Shown in pieces: positions 47,495-62,498 of a DNA stretch of 64,000 nt. Below the pieces are notes generated by a model. The model was given only the letters and a program-made list of their open reading frames with translations, made no database searches and had not been told where the DNA came from. The number at the start of each line of letters is the position of its first letter. Positions within the stretch are counted from its first letter, which is position 1. The DNA is taken from NCBI RefSeq assembly GCF_963676685.1, contig NC_092345.1, positions 107,570,001 through 107,634,000 on the forward strand, given 5' to 3'. This stretch comes from Mytilus edulis. Its lineage: Eukaryota. A program made the position numbers and the translations under genes.

Positions 47495-50400
47495 TTATAT
47501 ATATAAACATGACAAGGCCTCAGAGGTTTTTTTTATATTTGTGTGGTCCAATTATCAGTTGGTGTACCTGCTCTCTAGTTCATAGGCTATTGAATTGAAA
47601 CAAACTGATCTGAATTTTATTACCACAAATCAGTATTGAAAAATTGTTAAACAGACATGTTTATAGATAAAAATGTAATTTGATTGACAAAATCTTGTAA
47701 ATTTGGGAAAGCAGACATAGTTGTTGTGTAATGTTACACTTTGTAGGACAGGTGATCTATTGATTTCTAGCCTAAGGGAGATAATCTAATAGTAGCACAT
47801 CATGTGATGATCAGGACCCTGTACGGAAAGAAATGAAAAAAGTCCAGGAAATATAATGCATAAAAGACTTTTTAAAGTTGTTTTCTGTTTTAAATGAAAG
47901 GCCACATTATCTAAATGTACATTAATAAAGAAAGCAGAATGCATGAAGCAACTTTAGTGTTAACATATTAGTTAAGTTGTTATACATTCAAGATTTCAAT
48001 TGTCATGGGCATACATGTATAGAAAATTGGAAGGCATCTCTTTAGATTGTGTTTGTATGTTTCTGTCTCATTGATCAATATAATTTTAAGATCATTATTT
48101 TTTTTGGGATATTTTGATTGAGACATACAATGAATTGTGAAGAATTTTCCTGATTTAACATAGAAAAAGCTACAATTACATAGCTATGTATTTCTAGTCT
48201 GTATTTTGGTAGTGATTAAAGATTTCTCTGTTTTAGCAAGAGGAGTGATTTTTGTTGTCTCTTTGATAAGAAGTTAATATGTCCTGGAGATATGTTTGTC
48301 CATGGATGACCGGAAGTCTGTTGAGTGGTCTGTCAATATTTACCTGTCATTGTGTGACATTAAACTTACCTGTAAATACAGGTACATGATATTGTGTTAA
48401 TTTGTTTGCCCTTGTAAACACTAATATTGATGGACTTATCCACATCTATCAGCTAAAGAATAATAAGTAAATTAAATGTTCAGTTAATGTATGTCGTACT
48501 TCTTACACCACTCCAAAATGGAGAACTAAATTATAAGAGTATTGACATTGGAGTTGTACTATGGAAAGAAAGGAATTTTAAACTATTTTGATAATAAAGA
48601 AGGCACAGTTAGGGAAGAAGGAAAAGTGGAGTCAGAAACATTTATTTTGAAGTTTATCTGTTTGTGAATTCTGTCATTTAAGATCTATTTACAATTTCTA
48701 AACCATATTTTCAGGTGGAAGTTGTTCTTTTTTTAATCTTAAAGCAAATTGTAAAATGAATAAGTTTCGAATGGTCTGTATAGTCCAACTTCAGAAATGT
48801 TAAAAAGATATATAACAGTTTTACAAATACTTTCTACAAAATCAGGTGTTTTACTCTACAGGTAACAAAGGGTCAAGAGTATTGCTTATTGTTTCCCTCA
48901 GTCACCCTCTAATGTAAAATAGGAAAAAGGAAAGTTATGCATTCATTTTGGATTAAAAAAGGGAAAATATGTTGTAAGGTACATTGTGTTATTAGTTTGA
49001 TTATCATAGTATGTTATCACCTCCATCATACAACACAAGTATGTGTAGGTCCATCATACACATAGGTAAATATCCCTCTACATGATGGAGAAAATATGAC
49101 AAGTATGTAATCTACAGATTACTGATCTCTGACCCTTTGACCTGCTAGATCTGATCCTAGGATTGTATAATACCTGTCAATCATTAAGGGTTAGAGGTGA
49201 TATACCCCAGTAGATATTGACAGATGTTACATGTCTGGTGTGTATTATTAGACTGGTCAGCCCCAAAGGCTTTATTATTAACTGGTAATTATGGTGTATT
49301 AAAGTACTTGGTACATGTTGGCTTTATGGATCATCAACATATTTCTTATAAACTATTTGGATTATAACATGGATTTAGATAACTTGTAATGGAAAAAGTT
49401 GATCCTATAAGAAGTGAGAGAGACAGACACTTGGTAAGAATTTTATGTAAAATATATAAAGATTGAATAATTATAATCATGTATTTATCTCCCTTACAGT
49501 GTTGTTCTCTAATAAGGTGTCCTTTGTGACAAAGTGGTCATTGAATTAGGTCAGAATTCAACAGACTTTGATGTTTTGACTGCTCATTGACAGTGAATAC
49601 ATTTTCTTTTATTTGCATCTTTTAAAGAGATACAAGTAAACATTTTTTTGTAAAAACAGGTAAACAAAGTACAGCAATATTTCCTGAATCCAACTTTCTT
49701 TCAACTTTTTATACGCCCATTTGTTTACAGGACATATTATGGTATACCGTTGTCCATCTGTCTGTCAGTCCGTCGTCAACATGTTGGACAGTAACTCAAA
49801 AACAATTTAACTAATTTGCATGAAACTTTGGTGAATGTATATATCTATTGACGTGAGCTGCCTTTCAAATTTATAAAATTTAGATTTTACATTCCCGAGT
49901 TATGGGGTTTTATTCATTAAAAAGGGGAGATTAACCAGTTTTCAAACAATTACTCAAGAATGCTGTCACCAGCTTACAAGAAATTATAGTGAATTGTTTA
50001 TTTCCATTGGCATGAGCTTCCTTTCTATTTTTCTAAATTTTAGATTTTATTTTTCAGAGAACTCTACAGGGTTTAATTCATTAAAAAAGGGGAGATTTTC
50101 CAGTTTTTGGCCAATAACTTCAGCAATTCTAATGAAAGTTTTGTGAATTGTTATTATCTCTTGATGTAAGCTCCTTTTGATTTTCATAAATTTCTAATTT
50201 GACATTGAGAAGTAATTGAACTTTATTCTGTGAAAATTTGATAGGCTTATCATGTGCGCATGGTGCAGCTGTTTATTGGAAAATAACTTGAAATGAATAG
50301 CGATTTTTACTAAGAAGAAATTAATAAGATTGGACAAAATTTGTACAAAAAGTGCAGGTAGCTTTAGTTAATATATATATGTTGTGTACAAGTTGTAATG

Positions 50401-50858
50401 TTACATATATTCAGTGTTTTGTGAACTACTTAACACAAATGAATGATTTAAGCACACAGTCTTTTGTTTTGCTTATTTCTGTCATATTTTCACAACTACA
50501 TGATACAATCTAATACTGAGCATTGATACAAAAAACATTATAAGACCACAAAAAGACTCTTTATGGATATAAATATGGTATCAGGAGGAAAATACAATTT
50601 GAATTTTAACCATTCAGGTATCCTCATTTCCACTAGCACTAGATGTTAGGTTAAAATATATTAATTTGAATTTAAAACATTAAACTAGTACATTTTAGAA
50701 GATGACTGTATCACCTGGTGCAAGAAGGTATGAGGCAAAAAACTTATAACTTGTACAAAAAATCTGCACAAATAATAATTTGTACAAACTTACATCTTGT
50801 ACACAACATATATATTATAACAATTAAAAATTCTCATGTGATGTTAAACTGCAGTTAA

Positions 50859-51138
50859 AGGTGGTACCTAACACTACAGGGAGATAACTCTGTAAAGTCA
50901 GCTAAACGTTTTAATTACGTTGTGTTGTAAAAGGAATATTAAGCTTCTCAATGATCAAAATTGGTGTTTGTCAAATTGCTATACATGTATAACCAGTGTT
51001 ATTTTTCTGACAAAACGGTTGGTTCAAAAAAATTTTAATTTTTAAATTTTTATTAAAGTTTTAAAGTAAATACTTTGACAAAATTTAATGAAAATTAAAC
51101 GATCCAAATTAATTTTAGTGAAAGTGTTGGGTACCACC
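50859..51138. mobile_element. ~275-bp Kolobok-like MITE, copy 1
   Basis: TTAA-AGGTGGTACCTAACACT ... AGTGTTGGGTACCACC. Confidence 0.72.
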
Positions 51139-51508
51139 GTGTATTGATCTTAGTTCTTCATCAGTGTGGATTTATTGTGAATTAATTAATATATGTCCTG
51201 ATATCTGTATACTTAGCATTAATACAGGATAATAGCATGACACACAGGATACAAATGTTTGGGTTTACTCAGTATACTCACATCAAATAATTATAACTAT
51301 ATTCAAGTATTTAAGGAGGTCTTCTTTCCAATGATCAAATTATAGATGATTAAAAATTGATCCTGTGCAACTTTTCATTGAAATTATTGTAAAAATAATT
51401 CTTAATATAATGCTGAAATTTTATTCTTAAATATCTTAAATGTTTTCTTAAAGTGAACAGTATATTCATACTTAAAATAAAATTATTTTCAGAAGTGTTC
51501 TTTCTTAA

Positions 51509-51781
51509 GGTGGTACCCAACACTTTCACTAAAATTAATTTGGCTCGTTTAATTTCCATAAAATTTTGACAAAGTATTTGCTTTGACCCTTTAAATTTTT
51601 TTTTTAAATTTTAAAAATTTTGAACCAACCATTTTATCAGAAATATTACACTGGTTATATAGCAGTTTGACCAAAACCTATTTTTATCACAGAGAAGCTT
51701 AATATTCCCTTCACAACACAATGTAACTAAAACGTTTAGCTGACTTTACAGAGTTATCTCCCTGTAGTATTAGGTACCACC
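51509..51781. mobile_element. ~275-bp Kolobok-like MITE, copy 2 (inverted)
   Basis: TTAA|GGTGGTACCCAACACT ... AGTATTAGGTACCACC|TTAA. Confidence 0.8.
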
Positions 51782-52972
51782 TTAATAATTTAATTTTGGA
51801 TGTAACACATATCTGATTGGCTGACAGTGTTTATTCTATCAGCTCATAGACATAATTTAAGAGAACCAGCTACCCGCGTTATTAGTCCCCTACTGACAAA
51901 GTTCTTACTTCACACCCCTATAGTCTGTTAATCATACATTTGTTTCTCCAAACATCAACTATTTTGGTTTGTCCTTACTTCACACTCCTATAGCGACTGA
52001 TGTAGCTCCAATGACTGTCTGTTTATCATACATTTGTTTCTCCAAACATCAAACATTTTGGTTTGTCCTTACTTCACAATCTAATTGTCTGATGTATAGC
52101 TTCAATAACTCTGTTTATCATACATTTGTTTCCCCTAACATCAACCATTTTTGTTTGGCCTTAGTTCACACTCCTGTTCTCATTAAAATGTCTGATGTAG
52201 CTACAATGACTGTCTGTTTGTCATAACATAACATTGTTTTCATGCATTGGAAATGCATCATGTGCACTTTCGTGCAGTGACTATTGATTAGTTGTGATAA
52301 GAGGTGCAAACATAGAGGGTGAGTTAATAATTGATACAATATCAGATCTTAATTTCATTTTATTTAATCTAATTGAGTGAATTTAATGAAAATAATTAAA
52401 GTGTAAGGTAAAAGTAAATTTTTAGAAATATTTAAAAATTCTTTAAATCCAGCACAACAATTTTCTTCTTGTGGATTAAAAGGTACTCAAATGGAAATTA
52501 AATGTCTACCTCTAGAATTGGTATAGTTTGAGTTGAGCTTTTGTTTATATAACACACAGTTATATCCATGAGAACTTGAAGTATTATAAATCTAAACTGT
52601 TTATTTCTTAAACCATCATTAGATGTCTTAATTAACCTTGGGCTGACAAGAAATAGCCAGTGTGTTTTAGTTTAAACATATTAATTTAAAGTGGATTAGG
52701 AAACAAGTTATTGCAACTTTGGTTGCGAGTGCTTCCTTGTGGTATTAGCCTGCTCTTTTTCGAAATCTACAAGGGTGTCTTTAAAGTGCAAGAGATATGG
52801 CTCTCTCTAAACACGGGTCAGCCATTTATCGTCCCGTTCCGATGGACTGTCATCGTTGTTAAAGACCATACTTGCAAAGGTGTCAAAGGAGAGCCAAAAA
52901 ATTCAGTCCCTGAGATTTTCACCCCTAAGATCGAACAAGTAACCTTTGTGTTAGCATTAGTCCCTAACCACG

Positions 52973-54705
52973 GTGTGTGCTATTACTTTAACCGTCGTAA
53001 GATGTCATAACCAACCTTGATATGACCAGAAATGGTCAGTGTGTGCTATTACTTTTACCGTCGTAAGATGTCATAACCAACCTTGATATGACTAGAAATG
53101 GTCAGTGTGTGCTATTACTTTAACCGTCATAAGATGTCATAACCAACCTTGATATGACCAGAAATGGTCAGTGTGTGCTATTACTTTTACCGTCATAAGA
53201 TGTCATTACCAACCTTGATATGACCAGAAATGGTCAGTGTGTGCTATTACTTTTACCGTCATAAGATGTCATTACCAACCTTGATATGACCAGAAATGGT
53301 CAGTGTGTGCTATTACTTTTACCATCGTAAGATGTCATAACCAACCTTGATATGACCAGAAATGGTCAGTGTGTGCTATAACTTTTACCGTCGTAAGATG
53401 TCATTACCAACCTTAATATGGCCAGAAATGGTCAGTGTGTGCTATAACTTTAACCGTCATAAGATGTCATAACCAACCTTGATATGACCAGAAATGGTCA
53501 GTGTGTGCTATAACTTTTACCGTCGTAAGATGTCATAACCAACCTTGATATGACCAGAAATGGTCAGTGTGTGCTATAACTTTTACCGTCGTAAGATGTC
53601 ATTACCAACCTTAATATGGCCAGAAATGGTCAGTGTGTGCTATAACTTTAACCGTCATAAGATGTCATAACCAACCTTGATATGACCAGAAATGGTCAGT
53701 GTGTGCTATAACTTTTACCGTCGTAAGATGTCATAACCAACCTTGATATGACCAGAAATGGTCAGTGTGTGCTATAACTTTAACCGTCATAAGATGTCAT
53801 AACCAACCTTGATATGACCAGAAATGGTCAGTGTGTGCTATTACTTTAACCGTCGTAAGATGTCATAACCAACCTTGATATGACCAGAAATGGTCAGTGT
53901 GTGCTATTACTTTAACCGTCGTAAGATGTCATAACCAACCTTGATATGACTAGAAATGGTCAGTGTGTGCTATTACTTTAACCGTCATAAGATGTCATAA
54001 CCAACCTTGATATGACCAGAAATGGTCAGTGTGTGCTATTACTTTTACCGTCATAAGATGTCATTACCAACCTTGATATGACCAGAAATGGTCAGTGTGT
54101 GCTATTACTTTTACCGTCATAAGATGTCATTACCAACCTTGATATGACCAGAAATGGTCAGTGTGTGCTATTACTTTTACCATCGTAAGATGTCATAACC
54201 AACCTTGATATGACCAGAAATGGTCAGTGTGTGCTATAACTTTTACCGTCGTAAGATGTCATTACCAACCTTAATATGGCCAGAAATGGTCAGTGTGTGC
54301 TATAACTTTAACCGTCATAAGATGTCATAACCAACCTTGATATGACCAGAAATGGTCAGTGTGTGCTATTACTTTAACCGTCGTAAGATGTCATAACCAA
54401 CCTTGATATGACCAGAAATGGTCAGTGTATGCTATTAGTTTAACCGTCGTAAGATGTCATAACCAACCTTGATATGACCAGAAATGGTCAGTGTGTGCTA
54501 TAACTTTTACCGTCGTAAGATGTCATAACCAACCTTGATATGACCAGAAATGGTCAGTGTGTGCTATTACTTTTACCGTTGTAAGATGCCATTACCAACC
54601 TTAATATGGCCAGAAATGGTCAGTGTGTGCTATAACTTTAACCATCATTAGATGTCATATACAACCTTGATCTGGCCAGAAATGGTTCAGTCTGAGCTAT
54701 AACTA
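52973..54705. repeat. 66-bp minisatellite, ~26 units
   Basis: GTGTGTGCTATTACTTTAACCGTCGTAAGATGTCATAACCAACCTTGATATGACCAGAAATGGTCA. Confidence 0.95.
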
Positions 54706-55644
54706 TGAATTAATGTCATTCATTGAAAGAGCCTATTGGAATCAAGTCTTTTTTTCAATCAGCTCAAATTTGACTAGTTTTAAACTTTGCAACATTTATT
54801 CTAAGTATAAAATGTATAACATCTTTTTTCCACTTGAATTTATGCCACATATCTATATACATAATATATATATATAATCATTATATGTCAATGAATTTGA
54901 CTTATTCTGTAAGTTTTTTTTAAAGAATTTCTGTTAACAATATCAGATCATGTCTACAATAAAGTCCTTTATATAAAGGGAATGGAGGTTTCTGTCAATC
55001 TTTACTGTCAACTTTGATTGACTTTTCATGGTATGATTCACAGGTTAGTTAATTAATTGTTATCAAGGATATAGATCTCAAGTTTAGGTGGGATATTCAT
55101 AAAGACGTGAGACAAGATTTGAGAAAAAACTTGAAGGTTATACAAAAAATATTACAATTTTAGATGTACTGGATAAGATATCTTTGAAACAGCTGATTAT
55201 CAATTAGATGCATGAACATTTTACCAATTTTCTTCAGTTATTAATTTGTGTACAAACATAAGTTTTTGGTGGATAAATAAGCTATAGACTCTGTACTGAC
55301 AATATGTGTGTGGGGTAATGACTAATGCATGATAAATTCCATAGTGCAGGTGAGAAGCAGATAGTATAGATATTATCATGATTATAGATGAGAATATACA
55401 ATATTGTAGCAACAATTTTTGAAACCATTGATGAAAGGTAAAGGAAATTTTCTATGGAAACACAAATATATGTGTTAGTTTAATGAATGTTTACAGAATG
55501 TGTAAGGCCCAGTCCAGTTGAAATAAGTCTTTAAGAAGAACAATTTTTATATCTCTGACATATATAACAAGTTATATCATATATATATATATACATTGTG
55601 CCTATAATTCCTTTCTATACATGAAATGTATGTGTACTTAGCAT

Positions 55645-58127
55645 GCTTTGGATGCCATTTATCTTTCTATTTGTTGAAAATTCTGTCTTTAGCTCTGACA
55701 AGCTTGTATTAGAGCCTTTGATGTCATTTAACTTTCCATTTGTTGTATAGTCTGTCTTAAGCTCTGACATGATTTGGTGGAACTTTGGATGCCAGTTAAC
55801 TTTCCATTCGTTGTATGTTCTGTCTTAAGTTCTGACATGATTTGGTGGAACTTTGGATGCCATTTAACTTTCCATTTGTTGTATATTCTGTCTTAAGCTC
55901 TGACATGATTTGGTGGAACTTTGGATGTCCGTTAACTTTCCATTTGTTGTATGTTCTGTATTAAGTTCTAACATGATTTGGTGGAACTTTGGATGTCAGT
56001 TAACTTTCCATTTGTTGTATGTTCTGTCTTAAGTTCTAACATGATTTGGTGGAACTTTGGATGCCATTTAACTTTCCATTTGTTGTATGTTCTGTCTTAA
56101 GTTCTGACATGATTTGGTGGAACTTTTGATGTCAGTTAACTTTCCATTTGTTGTATATTCTGTCTTTAGCTCTGACATGATTTGGTGGAACTTTAGATGT
56201 CAGTTAACTTTCCATTTGTTGTATATTCTGTCTTAAGCTCTGACATGATTTGGTGGAACTTTGGATGTCAGTTAACTTTCCATTTTTTGTATGTTCTGTC
56301 TTAAGTTCTGACATGATTTGGTGGAACTTTGGATGCCAGTTAACTTTCCATTCGTTGTATGTTCTGTCTTAAGTTCTGACATGATTTGGTGGAACTTTGG
56401 ATGTCAGTTAACTTTCCATTTGTTGTATGTTCTGTCTTAAGTTCTGACATGATTTGGTGGAACTTTGGATGCCAGTTAACTTTCCATTTGTTGTATGTTC
56501 TGTCTTAAGTTCTGACATGATTTGGTGGAACTTTTGATGCCATTTAACTTTCCATTTGTTGTATGTTCTGTCTTAAGTTCTAACATGATTTGGTGGAACT
56601 TTGGATGCCATTTAACTTTCCATTTGTTGTATGTTCTGTCTTAAGTTCTAACATGATTTGGTGGAACTTTGGATGCCATTCAACTTTCCATTTGTTGTAT
56701 GTTCTGTCTTAAGTTCTAACATGATTTGGTGGAACTTTGGATGCCATTTAACTTTCCATTTGTTGTATGTTCTGTCTTAAGTTCTAACATGATTTGGTGG
56801 AACTTTGGATGTCAGTTAACTTTCCATTTGTTGTATGTTCTGTCTTAAGTTCTAACATGATTTGGTGGAACTTTGGATGCCATTTAACTTTCCATTTGTT
56901 GTATGTTCTGTCTTAAGTTCTGACATGATTTGGTGGAACTTTTGATGTCAGTTAACTTTCCATTTGTTGTATATTCTGTCTTTAGCTCTGACATGATTTG
57001 GTGGAACTTTAGATGTCAGTTAACTTTCCATTTGTTGTATATTCTGTCTTAAGCTCTGACATGATTTGGTGGAACTTTGGATGTCAGTTAACTTTCCATT
57101 TTTTGTATGTTCTGTCTTAAGTTCTGACATGATTTGGTGGAACTTTGGATGCCAGTTAACTTTCCATTTGTTGTATGTTCTGTCTTAAGTTCTAACATGA
57201 TTTGGTGGAACTTTGGATGCCATTTAACTTTCCATTTGTTGTATGTTCTGTCTTAAGTTCTAACATGATTTGGTGGAACTTTGGATGCCATTCAACTTTC
57301 CATTTGTTGTATGTTCTGTCTTAAGTTCTAACATGATTTGGTGGAACTTTGGATGCCATTTAACTTTCCATTTGTTGTATGTTCTGTCTTAAGTTCTAAC
57401 ATGATTTGGTGGAACTTTGGATGTCCGTTAACTTTCCATTTGTTGTATATTCTGTCTTAAGTTCTGACATGATTTGGTGGAACTTTAGATGTCAGTTAAC
57501 TTTCCATTTGTTGTATGTTCTGTCTTAAGTTCTGACATGATTTGGTGGAACTTTTGATGTCCGTTAACTTTCCATTTGTTGTATGTTCTGTCTTAAGCTC
57601 TGACATGATTTGGTGGAACTTTGGATGTCCGTTAACTTTCCATTTGTTGTATGTTCTGTCTTAAGTTCTGACATGATTTGGTGGAACTTTGGATCTCCGT
57701 TAACTTTCCATTTGTTGTATGTTCTGTCTTTAGCTCTGACATGATTTGGTGGAACTGTAGATGTCAGTTAACTTTCCATTTGTTGTATGTTCTGTCTTAA
57801 GTTCTAACATGATTTGGTGGAACTTTGGATGTCCGTTAACTTTCCATTTGTTGTATGTTCTGTCTTAAGTTCTGACATGATTTGGTGGAACTTTGGATCT
57901 CCGTTAACTTTCCATTTGTTGTATGTTCTGTCTTAAGTTCTGACATGATTTGGTGGAACTTTAGATGTCAGTTAACTTTCCATTTGTTGTATGTTCTGTC
58001 TTAAGTTCTAACATGATTTGGTGGAACTTTGGATGCCATTTAACTTTCCATTTGTTGTATGTTCTGTCTTAAGTTCTGACATGATTTGGTGGAACTTTAG
58101 ATGTCAGTTAACTTTCCATTTGTTGTA
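55645..58127. repeat. 68-bp minisatellite, ~36 units
   Basis: AACTTTCCATTTGTTGTATGTTCTGTCTTAAGTTCTGACATGATTTGGTGGAACTTTGGATGCCAGTT. Confidence 0.95.
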
Positions 58128-58589
58128 ACCTCTGACAATTAACTTGTTGTGGATTTCACAGGATCTTTAAGTGATTATGAAAAATTTGTATGTATAGAAG
58201 AATCCAGACAGATTTTTGTCTTGAACATTATTTTAATTTCTTTTGTGATGTTCAAATACATTTATACAAAACTACATAGGGGGACATTACAAATTGAATA
58301 TACAATACAATACAATACAATATTTTTATTTTCCAAATTAAAGGGCCCATTAAGAGCATAACATTAATTACAACATGACATAAACATTACAGAGTGATTA
58401 AAGAAACATAAAATAATAATTGAAATTCAAATGCATGAAGAAAGGATCAGTGGTCAAGGGGAGATAATTTTGATATATTTTAGAGTATCTAACTAATTTT
58501 CTGATTTTCTTAGTTGCAGGCCTTTATCCAGGTATGCATATAAAATAGATAAAAATCTGCTATCTTCATTAATATAGAAGTTGGTAGAT

Positions 58590-58760
58590 ATTCCAAGAGA
58601 ATTATGATTACGTCTTTGTTATAATATGAATGTTGTTGAAGACGGATATCATTTTGTTTTAGTTTGTCCTGTATACAGACCTGTAAGGTCACATTATTTA
58701 CCAAAACTAATGTTCTTGGCAAAATATTTATAAACAAGATCATTTGTTAAGAGCTGTCAA
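58590..58760 (+). pseudogene. LINE ORF2 C-terminal fragment
   Basis: VEDGYHFVLVCPVY resembles the E-D-E-x-H-F-x-x-x-C-P-x-Y Zn-knuckle of non-LTR ORF2. Confidence 0.55.
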
Positions 58761-61700
58761 TAAAACTCTTTACTATAAAATTAGTTAATTTCGTAAGGCG
58801 ACATGGGAAATAAGTTGGATTGCTTTGGTTTTTTCATGTTTTTGTGCATCTATACCTCAAATGAATATAGTATTCAGATGAAATTGGGACAAACAAATTG
58901 ATTTGTAAATTCTAGAATGTCAGTAGGTGTTTCAAAGTTTTGAATTCTGAGCCTTTATACCTGTATTTAAAGTATTCAGTTTTGAAACAATGAACTGCAT
59001 ATTTATTTGGTTTAAAAGTACATTAGGAACAATTAAATAGTTAAACCACAAGATGTGTATTGTGATAAGATACAAAATGTATATTGCCCCTGTCTATGGC
59101 CTCTTCATTCACCTGGACAGTTATACAGCTTAATACAGAGTTGGTTTAATTTTTACACAGGATTATTATTTTAAATTAAAAAACAACTTGGAATTTATTT
59201 CACAAAGGTATGTAGATTTTATTATGTAAAACAAGGTAATTTACCTTTTTAATTAAACCATGTTTTTTAATGGATTGAAGTAAATGGGAAATGTACATGA
59301 TGTTATTATTAATGTGGACAGTAACTGTCATTCTTATAGTTATCCATGTACAGAGATTGTGCAGGACCAGTCACTAGATAAATATGTTATTTCTGTCACA
59401 CATTAAAAGTTTTATGAATAAAGTAGATTAGTCGATAAGCTTTCTTGGTCACAAAAACATCAGACATTTTTATAAATGTTTATATTACAGTATTTGCTAG
59501 TTAAATGAGTTCCCACACATCAGATGGAAACAAAAGTCTATTAAGTCATAAGATACTTAGAGGATGTCAATAAATACCAGATTAAATTTCTATATTTTGT
59601 CATTAAACCACAAATATTTCCCAGGAAAACATTCAGATTTATTTAGTGAATAAAACATTGAATGTCAAGGTTTTCTTTTTACATTAAACAAGAGGGCACT
59701 GTTTAAATCTCAAAACAAAAAGGCACTTATTAACCGTGAATATAAATTGTTCTGTACTGTTTAACCATTAGTTTAACTTATTTTCTTCTCTTCGTCAGAC
59801 TCTAATTAATAATCAAACGTTATATAATTCAGGAGACACCTGCTCTGATTAGTCCCCTTAGTTAGTGAATCATGAAGGAGGGGGGTCTCAAACGTTCAAA
59901 ACTGTTGTATGACAGGCTCCAAATAATATAGTGTTACATGTATATACAATATGTTCGGTGACAGACAACTGCTCTAATGGTTACTTCCCTTAGTTTGGAA
60001 AGGCAGGAAACATTAATGGCATGGGTGTATTTAAATTTCCTCCTATTATCTCCATTCAGTCGATAGTATATATGTTACTTTTCTGACAAGTTCATCAGAT
60101 GTTCCAGTAACCCAGTTATTTTAATCATTTGTGAAAAATCTGACATTTTAAAAAGTTATTTCAACCAGTTCAAAACCTTTTTCAAAAAGATAGAAAAAGG
60201 ATTGTATGGCTGACTGAATGTACAGATAATTTAACCCAAAGGTCACTTATCAAATTAAATTTACAAAAGCTAATCATATCTTTTTTTCACTTAACAATTC
60301 TAAATGTGCTTTAAAGTTTTTACAAAATTAGCAATAGCTTTGTTTATAGAATTATTGTGTTGTTATATATTCATACAACTTTATGTTGGTTTGTGGTCAG
60401 TAAAACAAAACTAAATGGTGAAAAGTTGGTTATGTTTGTAAAAGAATACTCTGCATTGCCATAATTTTTAGGAATGTGAAGAAAAGTAAATATTTGAGTA
60501 TTAAAGTTGGTGTATAAAGGTCAGCTTAGAATCTTAAGCATCTTAAGAATAAACCATCTATAACACATTATACAAACAATTCATGTATAAAACATAAAAA
60601 TAAATACTCTACTTATTGGCCTAGATTATTTATTTTTCCAATTTATAAAGTTGTCAGTATTTTAATTCTTAAGGCAATGAGAAAGAGACATTGTTTTAAT
60701 TTAAATAAGTGTAAAAAACAGTAATTTATGTAGAAAACAAGGATTTTATGTATCCCTCAGGCAATAGTTTAAACATTTCTGTTAAATATTTCAGGCTATC
60801 CTTGACATTATGACAGACCGGTATATAATTATTTGGTAATACTGGGGATTCCTATTTGTTGAGCCTGCAAAATGTTGCAAAAGCAAGACATAGCGATTCT
60901 AGATTCCTTCATTGGCAGAGTAAGCATTTAGGTTCAGTCTATGGTTAAAGTTTGTTTGACATCAATAACTTTGTCATACAGTACCTTCATGGATATTTTG
61001 GAAATTTAGACAGAAGCTTGTTTATGACCAAAATAAATTATGAAAATGTTTATTTTTGGTTTTCCATATTTTACTGATAAATGGAGATACAGTTTGGGGT
61101 TAAAGTTTGTTACACATCAATTACTTTGTCAAACCTGTGAAACTTTGGCAAAAGCTTTTTATTTGCCTGCACAGTAGCCCAGAGTCCGTCCATACATCTT
61201 GAAATTGGTTTTCATTCTGTAAGGTTTTCCTCAACCAAATGTTATGAATATTATGCACAATGCTTGTTACCAGAAAACAAATTTGGGTGGCATCATTTTT
61301 ACCTTTCTAAAGTTATGTCCCTTTACAAATGAATAAATTGCTGAATTTTATCGTTTCCATTCTCTAACTTTAATTTGCCTCAACCAAATGTTATGAAACT
61401 TATACATAATGATTATTACCACAAAACTCAGATCAAGAAGGAATTTGGGTAGTGTCACTTTTACTGTTCTTGAGTTATGCCCCTTAATAACATCATGCAA
61501 GCAGAGGCATCATCTGTGTTCCATGTGGAGTACCATTGTTGTAGACTGTACTATGAATGTTTATAAAATGAAAATGTATGCTTCTCAAATCAGGTTAATT
61601 TGTTTGTTTTTTATGGATCTTTATACATCATTTAATGGTTTTAAAAAAGGATTAAAATGAAATCATGATTATGTAAATTTGTCTATACATTGTAGAAATT

Positions 61701-62498
61701 TTAAATGTGGTGCACCTTAAGGATGTACACCTCTGAGGAGCCTTAAGTTCACATCTCTTTTTTTTTTTTATGTAATCAAGTTCTCTTGTAATTTGATTAT
61801 AACCTAATGACTCCATCATTACTTTATCAATTCAGTGGCCATTGTTGTTTACGATAATGAAAGGTTCTGACATAATGAAAGGTTTTGACGTAGATGAGTC
61901 TTTGATTTGTGACGTAAAGTTCTGTTGATTCCTGATTCTCTGTAACTGGTCGTTGATTTATTGACCTTTGACCTCTTACATGATTACATTATGCTGTTGA
62001 ATTTATAAGATATAAATGATTGAGGGATTATTATTGAGGGATTATTAAAAAGAGATTCTGAAGGATAAATAACACAGATGGTTTGAACATTAATGATCTG
62101 TCTGATATATTTATGGAATATAGTGGTTATGGTTTACAATCAATACTGCTGGAAGATGATATTGGAATATATCTGACATTTGTCTGTACTAGTAAACATT
62201 GTAATATTATGGGATGGAATAACCAGACAGAGAATTGGGATTTCAGGATGGAAATTCTATTTTAATATTTTTTAATAAGTTAATTGTAAACTAAATGATG
62301 ATGATCAACGCAGGTTTGACAGACTGTAAGTAATCAATAATGTAGCAAGATTTCTGGACAAAATAAATTTAAATTCTAAAAAAATAATTATGGGCATGAT
62401 GCTGAACAGCTGAAGGTCAACTTAGTTCATCCCTCAAATATTTGATTAGAATAAACCATAAGGCAGAAATAAAATGTAAATTATTAAAATAAGCAGAT

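Noticed and set aside
52973-58127. Regular 66-bp and 68-bp arrays as CRISPR-like or coding repeats
   Set aside because: Units repeat along their whole length with no unique spacers, there are no cas genes, the context is eukaryotic and no long ORF is present. They are ordinary minisatellites.
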